Positions 7,828 to 16,787 of a stretch of DNA of 35,127 bases are shown one piece after another; within the stretch, counting starts at the first letter, position 1, and each line of letters begins with the position of its first letter. Origin of the DNA: a virus (taxonomy: Duplodnaviria; Caudoviricetes); IMG/VR virus record IMGVR_UViG_3300025018_000339, positions 1-35,127 of that record. One strand, 5' to 3'. Below the pieces are notes generated by a model that worked only from the letters and a program-made list of their open reading frames with translations, was not told the origin of the DNA and ran no database searches. Position numbers and translations under genes: made by a program.

Positions 7828-8370
7828 ATGGCACTAAAACTTGAGAAGCATGAGAAGCAAGACGAAATTGCGACAGCCTACCGTGAAGGTGTCTCACTTC
7901 GGGAGATCGCGTCTCAATTTGAGGGAGTGACAAAGGACGCTGTTGACAGATACGGCAAACGCTTAGGATTAGAGAGCGAGAGGAACCTTGCACTAATCAA
8001 GCGAGAATGCCCGATGGAAAAGAAGATACTCATTCCGTCGGTGAATGCCCAGGAAGTAGAGAACGTCGATTTTTTAGCAGACCTGTACAGAATACGACGG
8101 GACTTGATGAGCTTGCAGAATGATGAGGATCCAAGAATAGGGCTCAGCGCACTTGATAAACAGATCAAGTTGATCGACACGCTCGTGAAGGTAGCTGCTG
8201 AACTGCGAGAGCAGCGGAAAGACGACCTAATGAGTAATCCAGAGTTTAAAAGGTATGAAGATGCTGTTGTAACGGTGCTGAAAGAGTATCCGGGGGCAAT
8301 AGAGAGGTTGCGTGAGCTATTTGGACAACGAACTACTCAGGAGGCTAACGCTCAGGACATCGGCGGTTGA
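7828..8370 (+). CDS. terS: putative terminase small subunit
   Basis: N-terminal HTH (GVSLREIASQF..VTKDAVDRY), helical body, directly upstream of the terminase ATPase. Confidence 0.7.
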   Translation: MALKLEKHEKQDEIATAYREGVSLREIASQFEGVTKDAVDRYGKRLGLESERNLALIKRECPMEKKILIPSVNAQEVENVDFLADLYRIRRDLMSLQNDEDPRIGLSALDKQIKLIDTLVKVAAELREQRKDDLMSNPEFKRYEDAVVTVLKEYPGAIERLRELFGQRTTQEANAQDIGG

Positions 8371-9109
8371 GTATGCCAGGAGCTTAGGCTTTGAGCCTGA
8401 CCCATGGCAGAAGGGAATATTAGAGACGGTAAAGCGGGACGTTGTTGTCAACTGTTCCCGACAAGTGGGGAAGAGTACGGTCGTATCGATCAAGACCGCA
8501 CACGAGGCGCAGTACAACGACAATGCGCTTATCCTTATCACGTCCCCAACTGAGAGGCAGAGTCAAGAACTGCTGATTAAGGTGAAGCGTACATTGACTG
8601 ACGCAGGCGCACGGATGAAACGCGAGTCAATGACGATGCTTGAGCTTGATAACGGCACGCGCGTGTTTGCATTGCCAGGGAATGAGGACACAATCAGAGG
8701 CTTTTCGGGTCCGCGGCTACTTATCATAGATGAGGCGGCGATGGTTGAGGATTCGCTGTACTACTCGGTTGAACCGATGTTAGCGGTGAGCCAGGGGCAG
8801 ACAATCATCCTTTCTACACCACGAGGGAAGAGGGGATTCTTTTATCAGAAGTGGAACTCAGAAGGATGGGAGCGGTACAGCGTTGACGCGGTGGAATGTC
8901 CGAGGATCCCGGCTGATTGGCTTGAGGCAAAGAAGAAGACTATGCCTGACTATTGGTTTAGGCAAGAGTATATGTGCGAATTTCTTGACGCAGAGGATGC
9001 GGCATTCAATACGGAACTGCTGTTAGCTGCACGGAGGGACTTCGACACCCTGTACACCGGGGAAGAGTCGAAGGCAGGGGATTTTGAGCCGTTGGAGGTT
9101 GCTACCTGA
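8312..9109 (+). CDS. terL: terminase large subunit, ATPase domain only
   Basis: PDPWQ, CSRQVGKST Walker A, LLIIDEAA Walker B, ILSTP, FRQEYMCEF; stops before the nuclease domain. Confidence 0.92.
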   Translation: MSYLDNELLRRLTLRTSAVEYARSLGFEPDPWQKGILETVKRDVVVNCSRQVGKSTVVSIKTAHEAQYNDNALILITSPTERQSQELLIKVKRTLTDAGARMKRESMTMLELDNGTRVFALPGNEDTIRGFSGPRLLIIDEAAMVEDSLYYSVEPMLAVSQGQTIILSTPRGKRGFFYQKWNSEGWERYSVDAVECPRIPADWLEAKKKTMPDYWFRQEYMCEFLDAEDAAFNTELLLAARRDFDTLYTGEESKAGDFEPLEVAT

Positions 9110-9309
9110 AGATCCAAGCATATAAGATTGGGACGCGAGTGCATTGTATCGGTGGCCCTGATGTAATCATTGAGGGCATTATTATCCGAGATAAAGGGGC
9201 TGTGCTGTATGAATGTAGCTATTTCAAAGACGGGGATCTGATGAAGCTTGAAATTGACTCGTTCTTGATTGAACCATTGCATGGGAAAAAGGCTATAGGA
9301 TATTTATGA
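9106..9309 (+). CDS. small beta-rich protein (YodC/DUF2158-like) with probable CTG start
   Basis: Open 67 codons KIQAYKIGTRVHCIGGPDV...YECSYFKDG...GYL*; GGAGGT RBS 6 nt before CTG; CTGA and ATGA overlaps on both sides. Confidence 0.7.
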   Translation: MKIQAYKIGTRVHCIGGPDVIIEGIIIRDKGAVLYECSYFKDGDLMKLEIDSFLIEPLHGKKAIGYL

Positions 9310-9539
9310 CTTGGAACTATCGGATCATGAAGCACAGCCATAGGTCAGGGGATTACTACGCTATCCACGAGTGTTTTATGAACAGCAATGGACAGGCTCA
9401 TTCATGGACTGAGGACGAAATTACCCCATCAGGTGAAACGCCTGAAGAGTTAATAGAAACCCTTGAAATGATGCTGAAGGATGCAAAGACGTATGGTGCG
9501 CTTGACTTTAACATGGAACCGGAAGGCAAGGAAGATTGA
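9306..9539 (+). CDS. conserved phage hypothetical protein
   Basis: MTWNYRIM...YAIHE...SWTE...GETPEEL...LEMML motif pattern typical of small phage proteins. Confidence 0.8.
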   Translation: MTWNYRIMKHSHRSGDYYAIHECFMNSNGQAHSWTEDEITPSGETPEELIETLEMMLKDAKTYGALDFNMEPEGKED

Positions 9540-10219
9540 AGTATCTCATCGGAGTTGACTTAGGGCAGTTGCAAGATCCATCTGCAATATCGGTCATTGA
9601 AATGGTACGCACAATCCAGAAGCGTGGAGCCTTGCCCTTTGCGATGATGTCCGACCCTGATCTTATGCTGACAAGTTACCGCTTGATACACCTTGACTCA
9701 CCGCCCTTGCGGACGCCCTACAGCGAAGTGATCGCACGGGTCAAGAAGCTGTGGAACCATACGAACCTGATAAACCAGTGTTGTGTTGTGATAGACAAGA
9801 CCGGCTTAGGTGGCCCTGTGTTTGAGGCGATGCTTGACGAAGGGTTACAGCCCATTGGTATCACGCTGACGAGTGGGCAGAATGTCAATGAGTCTGACAA
9901 AGGGTACTCAGTACCGAAGAAAGATATCGTTGCTGTACTTCAGGTCTTACTTGAGAACGGGCGGTTTGAGTACACGCAGAAGCTAAAGTTGGCCGGTGAG
10001 TTCGAGAAGCAGATGGAACGCTTCAGGGTACGGATCGGGAAGGGCGGACGAGAGTCCTACGGGTCTGACACCGAAGCGGATCATGACGACATTGTGATAA
10101 GCGTTGCCCTTCCTGTCTGGTACGCGGAGAGGGCGGAAGGCAAGCCCCAACCGCTTCCGGGGAGGGAAGAGGCTATGAAACCTTACAATCCTTTTGAATA
10201 TGGAGTAGCGAATGGCTAA
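9536..10219 (+). CDS. terL: terminase large subunit, RNase H-like nuclease domain as a separate gene
   Basis: IGVDLGQLQDPSA, VIDKTGLG, HDDIVISVAL acidic triad motifs; TTG start. Confidence 0.88.
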   Translation: MKYLIGVDLGQLQDPSAISVIEMVRTIQKRGALPFAMMSDPDLMLTSYRLIHLDSPPLRTPYSEVIARVKKLWNHTNLINQCCVVIDKTGLGGPVFEAMLDEGLQPIGITLTSGQNVNESDKGYSVPKKDIVAVLQVLLENGRFEYTQKLKLAGEFEKQMERFRVRIGKGGRESYGSDTEADHDDIVISVALPVWYAERAEGKPQPLPGREEAMKPYNPFEYGVANG

Positions 10220-10595
10220 AGACATTATGAGCAGAGGAGACAAGCAGGCAACGTCAAGCGGGTTTGTCAATCGTCCGGGAAGTTGGGACAACACAGTCGG
10301 CCCTGCTGTTGACGCTGTGGGCGGAGCGGTTGGAGACGTGGCTATGGGAGGACTTGGAATGATCATAGACCACATAGCAAAACCCTTGTCAGACCTTGTG
10401 CAAAGACTTGTTAGCGGCGGAGGCGATGCCAGCCCTGACACAATCAAGCAGGCTGTTTCAGATCTTTTCTCCCAAGATGAAGAGCTGAAGAAGAAACTCG
10501 GCGGAGCATTGGGAGACGGAACGGATAAAGCGTATGCAGGCGAAACGATCCTCGGAGGCCGTGACGCATACGGCAACCCGTTGGCAAGGAGATAG
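10212..10595 (+). CDS. Gly-rich hypothetical protein, possibly virion-associated
   Basis: GGAG RBS; coupled within the late operon. Confidence 0.75.
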   Translation: MAKDIMSRGDKQATSSGFVNRPGSWDNTVGPAVDAVGGAVGDVAMGGLGMIIDHIAKPLSDLVQRLVSGGGDASPDTIKQAVSDLFSQDEELKKKLGGALGDGTDKAYAGETILGGRDAYGNPLARR

Positions 10596-10597
10596 AA

Positions 10598-10873
10598 ATG
10601 GCAAAGAAGAAAGACGATGAAGTGAAGATCATAGAGGTTCCTGAAAAGGAGCCTTTTTTTATGCCAGAAAAGAAACCCGAGTTTACACCGAAGTACACGC
10701 GGGATGTCAGGCAGTTTACAAAGATGGCGTACCTGAAGATTAAAGGGCTTCCAGACGTTACAAAATCGGCTCTTGAGAAGTTCACCGACGATGAGGTTGA
10801 TACGGCGTGCATGGCGATATTCGGCGAGAAGAAAACACGTGCTGACATCCTAAAGGTTATCGAGGGGAAATGA
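10598..10873 (+). CDS. hypothetical protein
   Basis: AAGGAG RBS; coupled to the next gene. Confidence 0.75.
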   Translation: MAKKKDDEVKIIEVPEKEPFFMPEKKPEFTPKYTRDVRQFTKMAYLKIKGLPDVTKSALEKFTDDEVDTACMAIFGEKKTRADILKVIEGK

Positions 10874-11538
10874 GGAGTATTGTATTCCTTCTCCCTGGTC
10901 GGACTTTCACCCAGGGGTTTGTAAAGAGTTTCGATGAAGTCATCTCTTCCCTCATGCAGATGAAGGCGATGGAGATACACAAGAGCTTTGAATATTCGAG
11001 CGATATCTATGCGTGCCGGAATACGATCATGATGCCGAGTGAGTTAGGCCCGTATCCAGTGGAAGGCAAGCAGCCATTTAACGGGAAAATCGATTACGAC
11101 TGGCTGCTGTGGATCGATAGCGACATGGTGTATACGCTCAAGGATGTGATGAGGATAACAAGCCATGATGCTGATGTTGTCTCAGGTGTCTGCCCCATAG
11201 ATTACAACCGGGTTGCACTTGCTGACATCGTACAGGACGAGCGGGGCGTAGGGATCCAATACCACACCGTCAAGAGCATCCAGAGCGCACAGAGGAACGA
11301 TAAGGGGCTGGTCAAGGTTGAGTTTACTGGATTCGCGTTTCTTGCTGTTCGTCGCGGAGTATTCGAGGCTATACAGTTCCCCTGGTTCCAGACGAGTGAA
11401 ATAAGGCGGGGAAAGTCTAAGGTAGTCGCTGGGGAAGATTTCGCCATGTGTGAAAGGATTCGAGAGGCGGGATTCACAATTTACGCTGACCCTGATGTAA
11501 AGATCGGTCACGAAAAGGCAATGGTGTTGAAGCCGTGA
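10870..11538 (+). CDS. GT-A fold (GT2-like) glycosyltransferase, paralog of 6563..7234
   Basis: CRN, QPFNG, DYDWLLWIDSDMVY (DxD), GFAFLAVRRGVFE, FPWF, GEDFAMC, IGHEK. Confidence 0.82.
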   Translation: MRSIVFLLPGRTFTQGFVKSFDEVISSLMQMKAMEIHKSFEYSSDIYACRNTIMMPSELGPYPVEGKQPFNGKIDYDWLLWIDSDMVYTLKDVMRITSHDADVVSGVCPIDYNRVALADIVQDERGVGIQYHTVKSIQSAQRNDKGLVKVEFTGFAFLAVRRGVFEAIQFPWFQTSEIRRGKSKVVAGEDFAMCERIREAGFTIYADPDVKIGHEKAMVLKP

Positions 11539-13160
11539 AAAAGAAGAAACTCGCAGAACAAATAAACGAACGCTTCGAGAACCTACGCGAAGCACGGCAG
11601 GACGTAGAGGGCAGATGGAAGAAAGCTATCCAGAACGTTGTACCGATGTTCTTTGACTTCGGGGATTCTGGCGAGTGGAAAGACCAGAGGTTTGACACCA
11701 CGGCCACCGAGTGTGCGTCTCTTCTTGCTGACGGGATGATGGGGAATCTGTGCCCGCAGTCGGTGAATTGGTTTATGTTCCGCTTCGAGCAGAACGAGCT
11801 AAACGACGACAAAGAACTTGTTGAATGGCTACAGGAGATCCAGGAGCGCATCTATGAAGCCCTTCACCGAAGTACCTTCTATGATGCTCTTCCGCAATAC
11901 CTGAAGATCGGCGGGACAATCGGGACGGCTTCTGTGTTTATCGAAGAGGCGGTTGAGGACAACAAGATAGTCTGCAACGTCTGCCACCCTAGGGAAGCCT
12001 ATGTTGCTGTAGACCGTCAAGGGGCTGTTGATACTCTGTACAGACACTTCACGATGAGCGCGTACCAGGCGGCCGAGTTTTTCGGAGAGGACAAACTTGA
12101 CCAGGAGATCAAGAACTCTCTTGAATCTTCACCTGACACGGAATTTGAGTTTATCCATGCGATTGAGCCTCGGAAAATGCGCGACCCCAGGAAGGCCGAC
12201 AGTAAGAACTTCCCGTATGCGTCCTACTATATGCAGAAGGGAAAGACCGAGATCATAAAGGAAAGCGGATACAAGACTTTTCCTGCCCCGACGTGGCGTT
12301 GGGAAGTCCGAGGAAACGAAGCTTACGGGTACTCTCCGACTGATGACGCGATGCCTGACATCCTCATGGTCAATCAGATGGTCAAGACTATGTTGATAGC
12401 GCAGCAGAAAGCCGTTGACCCTGCTCTTCTTTTGCCCAAGGAAATGATGGGCGCAAGTTTCGCCCCCGGAACGCGGACGCACTACAGCGACCCCGGACGG
12501 ATGCCCGTACAAGTCACTATCGGGACTGTCAGTCCTATCATGCTTGAGTTTCTTAGGGATGGCAGGGAGAGAATCAAGAAGATTTACAAGGTTGACCACT
12601 TCCTGATGCTCATGCAAGCGGGTGACCAGCAGATGACAGCCCGCGAGGTGATGGAGAGGAAGAGCGAAAAGGTAACCGTCACAGGCTCGACCATCGGGAA
12701 GTTTGCAAGCGAGGCACTTGACAGAATCCTCGAGAGAATCCTTCAGATCGAGTTTGACGCCGGTCGGCTTCCGCCTCCTCCTGAAGGAAAGGCGGTTAAT
12801 GGTGCGACGCTGAAGATCGACTACTTAGGCCCATTGGCCCAGGCGCAAAAGGAAATGTATGCGGCGCAGGGTGTACTTCAGACCCTTACGAACGCGGCGG
12901 CTATTATTCAGATATGGCCCGAAACCGTGAAGAAGTTCAAACCGGAGATAATGCTTGAACAGATATTAGAGTCTTCGGGGATGCCAGAGAAGGCGATTAG
13001 GAGTGACGAGGAGTATCAGCAGATACTTGCCGCTGAAGCGAAACAGAAACAGGACATGATAAATATGCAGATGCAGATGGAACAGGCAAAGGCAATGCCG
13101 GGGATGTCAAAGAGACCTGAACCGGGAAGCCCACTAGATCAGATGATGGGAGGTCAATAA
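11535..13160 (+). CDS. portal protein (head-tail connector family)
   Basis: 541 aa; FDTTA...LADGMMG, WF, STFY, GTA, RW...GNEAYGYSP, MTAREV, YLGPLAQAQK motifs. Confidence 0.93.
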   Translation: MKKKKLAEQINERFENLREARQDVEGRWKKAIQNVVPMFFDFGDSGEWKDQRFDTTATECASLLADGMMGNLCPQSVNWFMFRFEQNELNDDKELVEWLQEIQERIYEALHRSTFYDALPQYLKIGGTIGTASVFIEEAVEDNKIVCNVCHPREAYVAVDRQGAVDTLYRHFTMSAYQAAEFFGEDKLDQEIKNSLESSPDTEFEFIHAIEPRKMRDPRKADSKNFPYASYYMQKGKTEIIKESGYKTFPAPTWRWEVRGNEAYGYSPTDDAMPDILMVNQMVKTMLIAQQKAVDPALLLPKEMMGASFAPGTRTHYSDPGRMPVQVTIGTVSPIMLEFLRDGRERIKKIYKVDHFLMLMQAGDQQMTAREVMERKSEKVTVTGSTIGKFASEALDRILERILQIEFDAGRLPPPPEGKAVNGATLKIDYLGPLAQAQKEMYAAQGVLQTLTNAAAIIQIWPETVKKFKPEIMLEQILESSGMPEKAIRSDEEYQQILAAEAKQKQDMINMQMQMEQAKAMPGMSKRPEPGSPLDQMMGGQ

Positions 13161-13880
13161 ATGGCATTACTACCGGGGATTGTATCGGGAAAGACGCTGC
13201 GGGTTATGGGGTTAAACGCGGCTGTGGCGGACACGGAGGAGCATCTGTTCTCGGCGTCTGTCGCGTTTACGGACTTGGCGGCAGCCACGCTGTTGAAGAT
13301 TTCAGCAGCTTCCGCAAATGATACGAGCGCAGGCACAGGAGCGCGGACGGTCCTTGTGTGCGGAATAAACGGGAACTATGAGCCGATATCTGAGACTGTC
13401 ACCCTGAACGGACAGACTGCCGTTCTTACTGTGAACACCTATCTTGCTGTGACAGGCATGGAGGTCTTAACGGCTGGCTCTGGACTGAAGAACGCGGGGA
13501 TCATCTACGCTGCAGACGATGGGGCGACTGTTACATCAGGAGTCCCGGCGACGCTTATTCTTTGCACGATACCAGTAGGCGGGAACATATCTTTCAGCGG
13601 GAACACGATCACCCCGATTGGTTCAAAATACCGGCTAAAGTGTATCACCGTTGGGAACCGGGCGCAGATCGTTGATACCTATATCAAGGTCAAGGAATAC
13701 GGCGGGCTGTGGAAATACATTCTGACTGTCCCGGCGAGCGCGACGCATCCATCTACCTGTATAGACCTGTCACATCTTGACATTGTTTTTCCCGAGAAAA
13801 CAAGCGTTGAGCTTGCGGCAAAGGCGGCCACAACGGGAGGGGTTACGCAGGCGTCTCTTGTCTTGGAGCTTGTCGTATGA
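13161..13880 (+). CDS. putative virion structural/decoration protein
   Basis: Beta-rich, SASANDTSAGTGARTVLV.G...ETVTLNG motif seen in phage structural regions; lies in the head module. Confidence 0.65.
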   Translation: MALLPGIVSGKTLRVMGLNAAVADTEEHLFSASVAFTDLAAATLLKISAASANDTSAGTGARTVLVCGINGNYEPISETVTLNGQTAVLTVNTYLAVTGMEVLTAGSGLKNAGIIYAADDGATVTSGVPATLILCTIPVGGNISFSGNTITPIGSKYRLKCITVGNRAQIVDTYIKVKEYGGLWKYILTVPASATHPSTCIDLSHLDIVFPEKTSVELAAKAATTGGVTQASLVLELVV

Positions 13881-14140
13881 GTCCGTGGTTTCCAGCTTTC
13901 GACGGACTGAGCCAGGAGGACATTGCGGCGATTCGTTTGCGGTTCAAGCAGACCTTCAGCGGAGATGTTGGGGAAAGCGTCCTCGCCTCTATCCTTGGCA
14001 TCCTTGGATTTTTTAGTCCAGGGGAGACGATACAAGACCTTGAGAGGCAGAACGCGGCGAAGGAGATTCTTTATCTGTGCGGTGCATGGGATGAGGGAAT
14101 TGATATTGATATTGTCAGAAAACTAATCGGAGGTAAATAG
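13877..14140 (+). CDS. Bbp19-like protein
   Basis: FKQTFSGDVGESVLASIL motif; position between portal and scaffold. Confidence 0.65.
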   Translation: MSPWFPAFDGLSQEDIAAIRLRFKQTFSGDVGESVLASILGILGFFSPGETIQDLERQNAAKEILYLCGAWDEGIDIDIVRKLIGGK

Positions 14141-14141
14141 A

Positions 14142-14363
14142 ATGTTGTATACAGGTGGATTGGCTGTAAGCTTAGAGACAGCGACGACAGGAGTTATAGA
14201 CAAACTCGAAGCATGGGCGGAACTTACGCCACAAGAGGCGGCTTTCCTTGCGGCATATCAAACGACATTGGGAAGCGCAAACAGCACCAGAAGCGATGAC
14301 TTGAAATTCAAGATGATCTTTGACAGGTGGTTCATGTGGTGCATAAACAAAGGAACAATTTAA
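14142..14363 (+). CDS. hypothetical protein
   Basis: GGAGGT RBS; 73 aa. Confidence 0.7.
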   Translation: MLYTGGLAVSLETATTGVIDKLEAWAELTPQEAAFLAAYQTTLGSANSTRSDDLKFKMIFDRWFMWCINKGTI

Positions 14364-14372
14364 AGAGGATTT

Positions 14373-15089
14373 ATGAGCGATTTAAACGACACATCAGCAG
14401 GCGGAGGCGGCCAAGCGGCAACACCGTCATATAAGCCGTGGACAGCCCAGGTGCGGAAAGACCTATTAGGCCCGGAGCTTGCAGACAAAGACCTGAACGA
14501 TTTTGTTTCCTCATACAAGACTCTCTCTCAGGAGAAAGCCGACTATGAGGCGAAACTGAAGGACGCTATCTTCCCCCCGCGTGAAGGTGCAACCGAGGCT
14601 GAAGTACAGGCATACAAGAAACGCCTTGGAGTACCGGAGACAGCAGACGGATACGACATCAAAGGCGAGAACGTCCCGCCTGATAAACTGGCGCAGTTGA
14701 AAGAGTTCGCCTTGAAGAACAACTTCACACGTGCGCAGACGGCAGCTCTGTTCGAGTCGGAAATGGCCCAGGTTAAGGCCGAGTCAGCGCAGAAACAGAA
14801 GGAACGGGAAGCGAACATTAAGGCGACTGAAGACTACCTTCTGAACGAGTACGGGCCTGAAGAGGCCAAGACGAAACTTGACCACGCGCTCAGGGTCATC
14901 GACAAGATCGGTGGACAGGCTTTAAAGGATGAGCTTAACCGCACAGGGATAGGCAACAACCCGGAGCTTGTCAAGTTTATGATTCGGATTTCAGAGCCGT
15001 ACAATGAGGACGGAGTTGCCACGGGCGGGGCAGGCGGACGGGAGGCCGGGCCGGACTTCAAGAAGCTGTATCCGTCAATGAACAAGTGA
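14373..15089 (+). CDS. capsid scaffolding/assembly protein
   Basis: LGVPETADGYD, GIGNNPELVKF, LYPSM motifs; upstream of the capsid gene. Confidence 0.85.
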   Translation: MSDLNDTSAGGGGQAATPSYKPWTAQVRKDLLGPELADKDLNDFVSSYKTLSQEKADYEAKLKDAIFPPREGATEAEVQAYKKRLGVPETADGYDIKGENVPPDKLAQLKEFALKNNFTRAQTAALFESEMAQVKAESAQKQKEREANIKATEDYLLNEYGPEEAKTKLDHALRVIDKIGGQALKDELNRTGIGNNPELVKFMIRISEPYNEDGVATGGAGGREAGPDFKKLYPSMNK

Positions 15090-15121
15090 GATACTTATGA
15101 CCCAATGGGTCAAAAAGCTGA

Positions 15122-15149
15122 GGGGCCGCCTAACGCGCGGTTCCCTTTT
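15122..15149 (+). terminator. weak terminator-like hairpin before the tRNA
   Basis: GGGGCCGC/GCGGTTCC stem followed by CTTTT. Confidence 0.4.
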
Positions 15150-15152
15150 CGT

Positions 15153-15223
15153 CGCGGGTGTGTATAACGGTAGTACGCTGGCCTCATAAGCCAGAAGAGA
15201 GGGTTCAACTCCCTCACCCGCAA
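15153..15223 (+). tRNA. tRNA-Met(CAT), initiator-like
   Basis: CGCGGGT/ACCCGCA-A with C1xA72 mismatch; D stem GTAT/GTAC; CTGGC-CTCATAA-GCCAG; GAGGG-TTCAACT-CCCTC; no encoded CCA. Confidence 0.9.
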
Positions 15224-15387
15224 GAATCTGGCGTTGCCAGAATTATGGGATACCTGAAAAGGTACTCTCTGTAAACCTGAAAGAAGACTCTATGCGAAGG
15301 TCATGCCGAGGCACATAGAACACGCTTGATGGGTAGCAGGGGTGTCAATGATGGGACTGACACACTTCTATTTATGGAGCCAAAACT

Positions 15388-16371
15388 ATGGCCAGCAATT
15401 CCCTCGGCACTTACCATACACTGGTAGACGTTGCCAAACTCCACAACAACAAAGAGTTCCTTGACGTTGCGGAAGTCCTTCATCAGAAAAATGGACTGAT
15501 GAAAGTCGCGTCTTGGGAGGAAGCCAATCAGCTTACCTCTCATGTCTACAGTAAAGAAATGTCTCTTCCCACCGGAACATGGAGAGGGATAAATGAGGCA
15601 ATCACACCGGAGAACCCGCAGTTCGAGCAGGGAACTGAACCCCTCGGAATCCTCGAATCTTCTTCGCAGATCGATTGCGCTCTTCTTGATCACGTTGTAC
15701 CCGACAAGAACGCTTACCGCTACCGCTATGATATGCAGCACGTTGAAGGCTTAGGACAGGCCGCGACAGGTGCGTTCTTCTACGGAAACAACGGATCTGA
15801 CCCGAATAAGCCCTCCGGTATTCAGGTGCGGTACAACAACTACAGCCTTGCGAACGTCCACACCAATGGATGCGGAGACGCAGGGACGGTCACTTCTATC
15901 TATGTCGTGCAGTTCGGCCCCGGGAAAGTCAATCTTCTCTATGGTCGGAACTCAGGGGCGAAGATCGTCACCGCTGAGGACATGGACAAGCAGTGGATAC
16001 AGTCGAGCGTTTCCACAGGCGCAGGTATCTGGAAGTATGTAACGAAGTTCCAGATGGTCATGGGCGTACTCGTGCCCGACGACAGGGCGGTACAGCGTAT
16101 CTGTAACATCGGGACCGATGGAGCAGACGAGCTTCAGGCCGATCTCTTGATCTGGGCTTTGCGCTCAGTTCCCGACCCGGACGACATGAGCGGAACTGTC
16201 ATTTTCTGTAACCGGCTTGGACGGTATCAGATAGACAAGGCTTTCCGTGATCGCCCGAATATGTTCTTTACTTCGGCGGATCAGTTCGGCCAGCAGGTTG
16301 AGACTTTCGGCGGAGCCAGAATCGTTCTTACCGAACAGATTCTCAATACTGAGACTGTCGTTGCCAGCTAA
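15388..16371 (+). CDS. major capsid protein (Bbp17-like)
   Basis: 327 aa; LPTGTWRGINE, FFYGN, TSIYVVQFG, VQRICNI, ILNTETVV. Confidence 0.9.
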   Translation: MASNSLGTYHTLVDVAKLHNNKEFLDVAEVLHQKNGLMKVASWEEANQLTSHVYSKEMSLPTGTWRGINEAITPENPQFEQGTEPLGILESSSQIDCALLDHVVPDKNAYRYRYDMQHVEGLGQAATGAFFYGNNGSDPNKPSGIQVRYNNYSLANVHTNGCGDAGTVTSIYVVQFGPGKVNLLYGRNSGAKIVTAEDMDKQWIQSSVSTGAGIWKYVTKFQMVMGVLVPDDRAVQRICNIGTDGADELQADLLIWALRSVPDPDDMSGTVIFCNRLGRYQIDKAFRDRPNMFFTSADQFGQQVETFGGARIVLTEQILNTETVVAS

Positions 16372-16388
16372 GGAAGGAGGTTAATTTT

Positions 16389-16772
16389 ATGATGGATTCT
16401 TATTTGATCTTTGATGATAATGTTGCTGTTACCACAAGCAAGATCAGCACGAACGTGGTTGATCTTGAGAACATTACCGACGTTGCGAAGGGACAGCCGG
16501 TGTATATCAACATCGATGTCTCGCTTGCGTTTACAAGCGCGGTGAACACGATTGATATCGTGCTGATTTCTTCGGACGACGCGACACCGGACGCAAACGA
16601 CGGGTTTATTACCCTCATCGCCGCGAAGGCCGCAAGCACCCTCGGAACTGTGGGGAAAATCTTCAAAGCTGCACTTCCCGAAGACATCCCTTACAACACA
16701 ATCGGCCTTTCGTATGTGGCTACTACGGCACTTGCGGTTGGTAAGTTCACTTCCTATCTCACGATAGGCTAA
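16389..16772 (+). CDS. capsid cement protein (Bbp16-like)
   Basis: MMDSYLIFDD...STNVVDL...GKFTSYL; immediately after the capsid gene. Confidence 0.8.
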   Translation: MMDSYLIFDDNVAVTTSKISTNVVDLENITDVAKGQPVYINIDVSLAFTSAVNTIDIVLISSDDATPDANDGFITLIAAKAASTLGTVGKIFKAALPEDIPYNTIGLSYVATTALAVGKFTSYLTIG

Positions 16773-16787
16773 AAAAAGGGGCTGGTT

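Noticed and set aside
9110-9535. Group I intron or intein splitting terL
   Set aside because: The interval is fully occupied by two coupled ORFs, with no recognisable intron core or homing endonuclease motif
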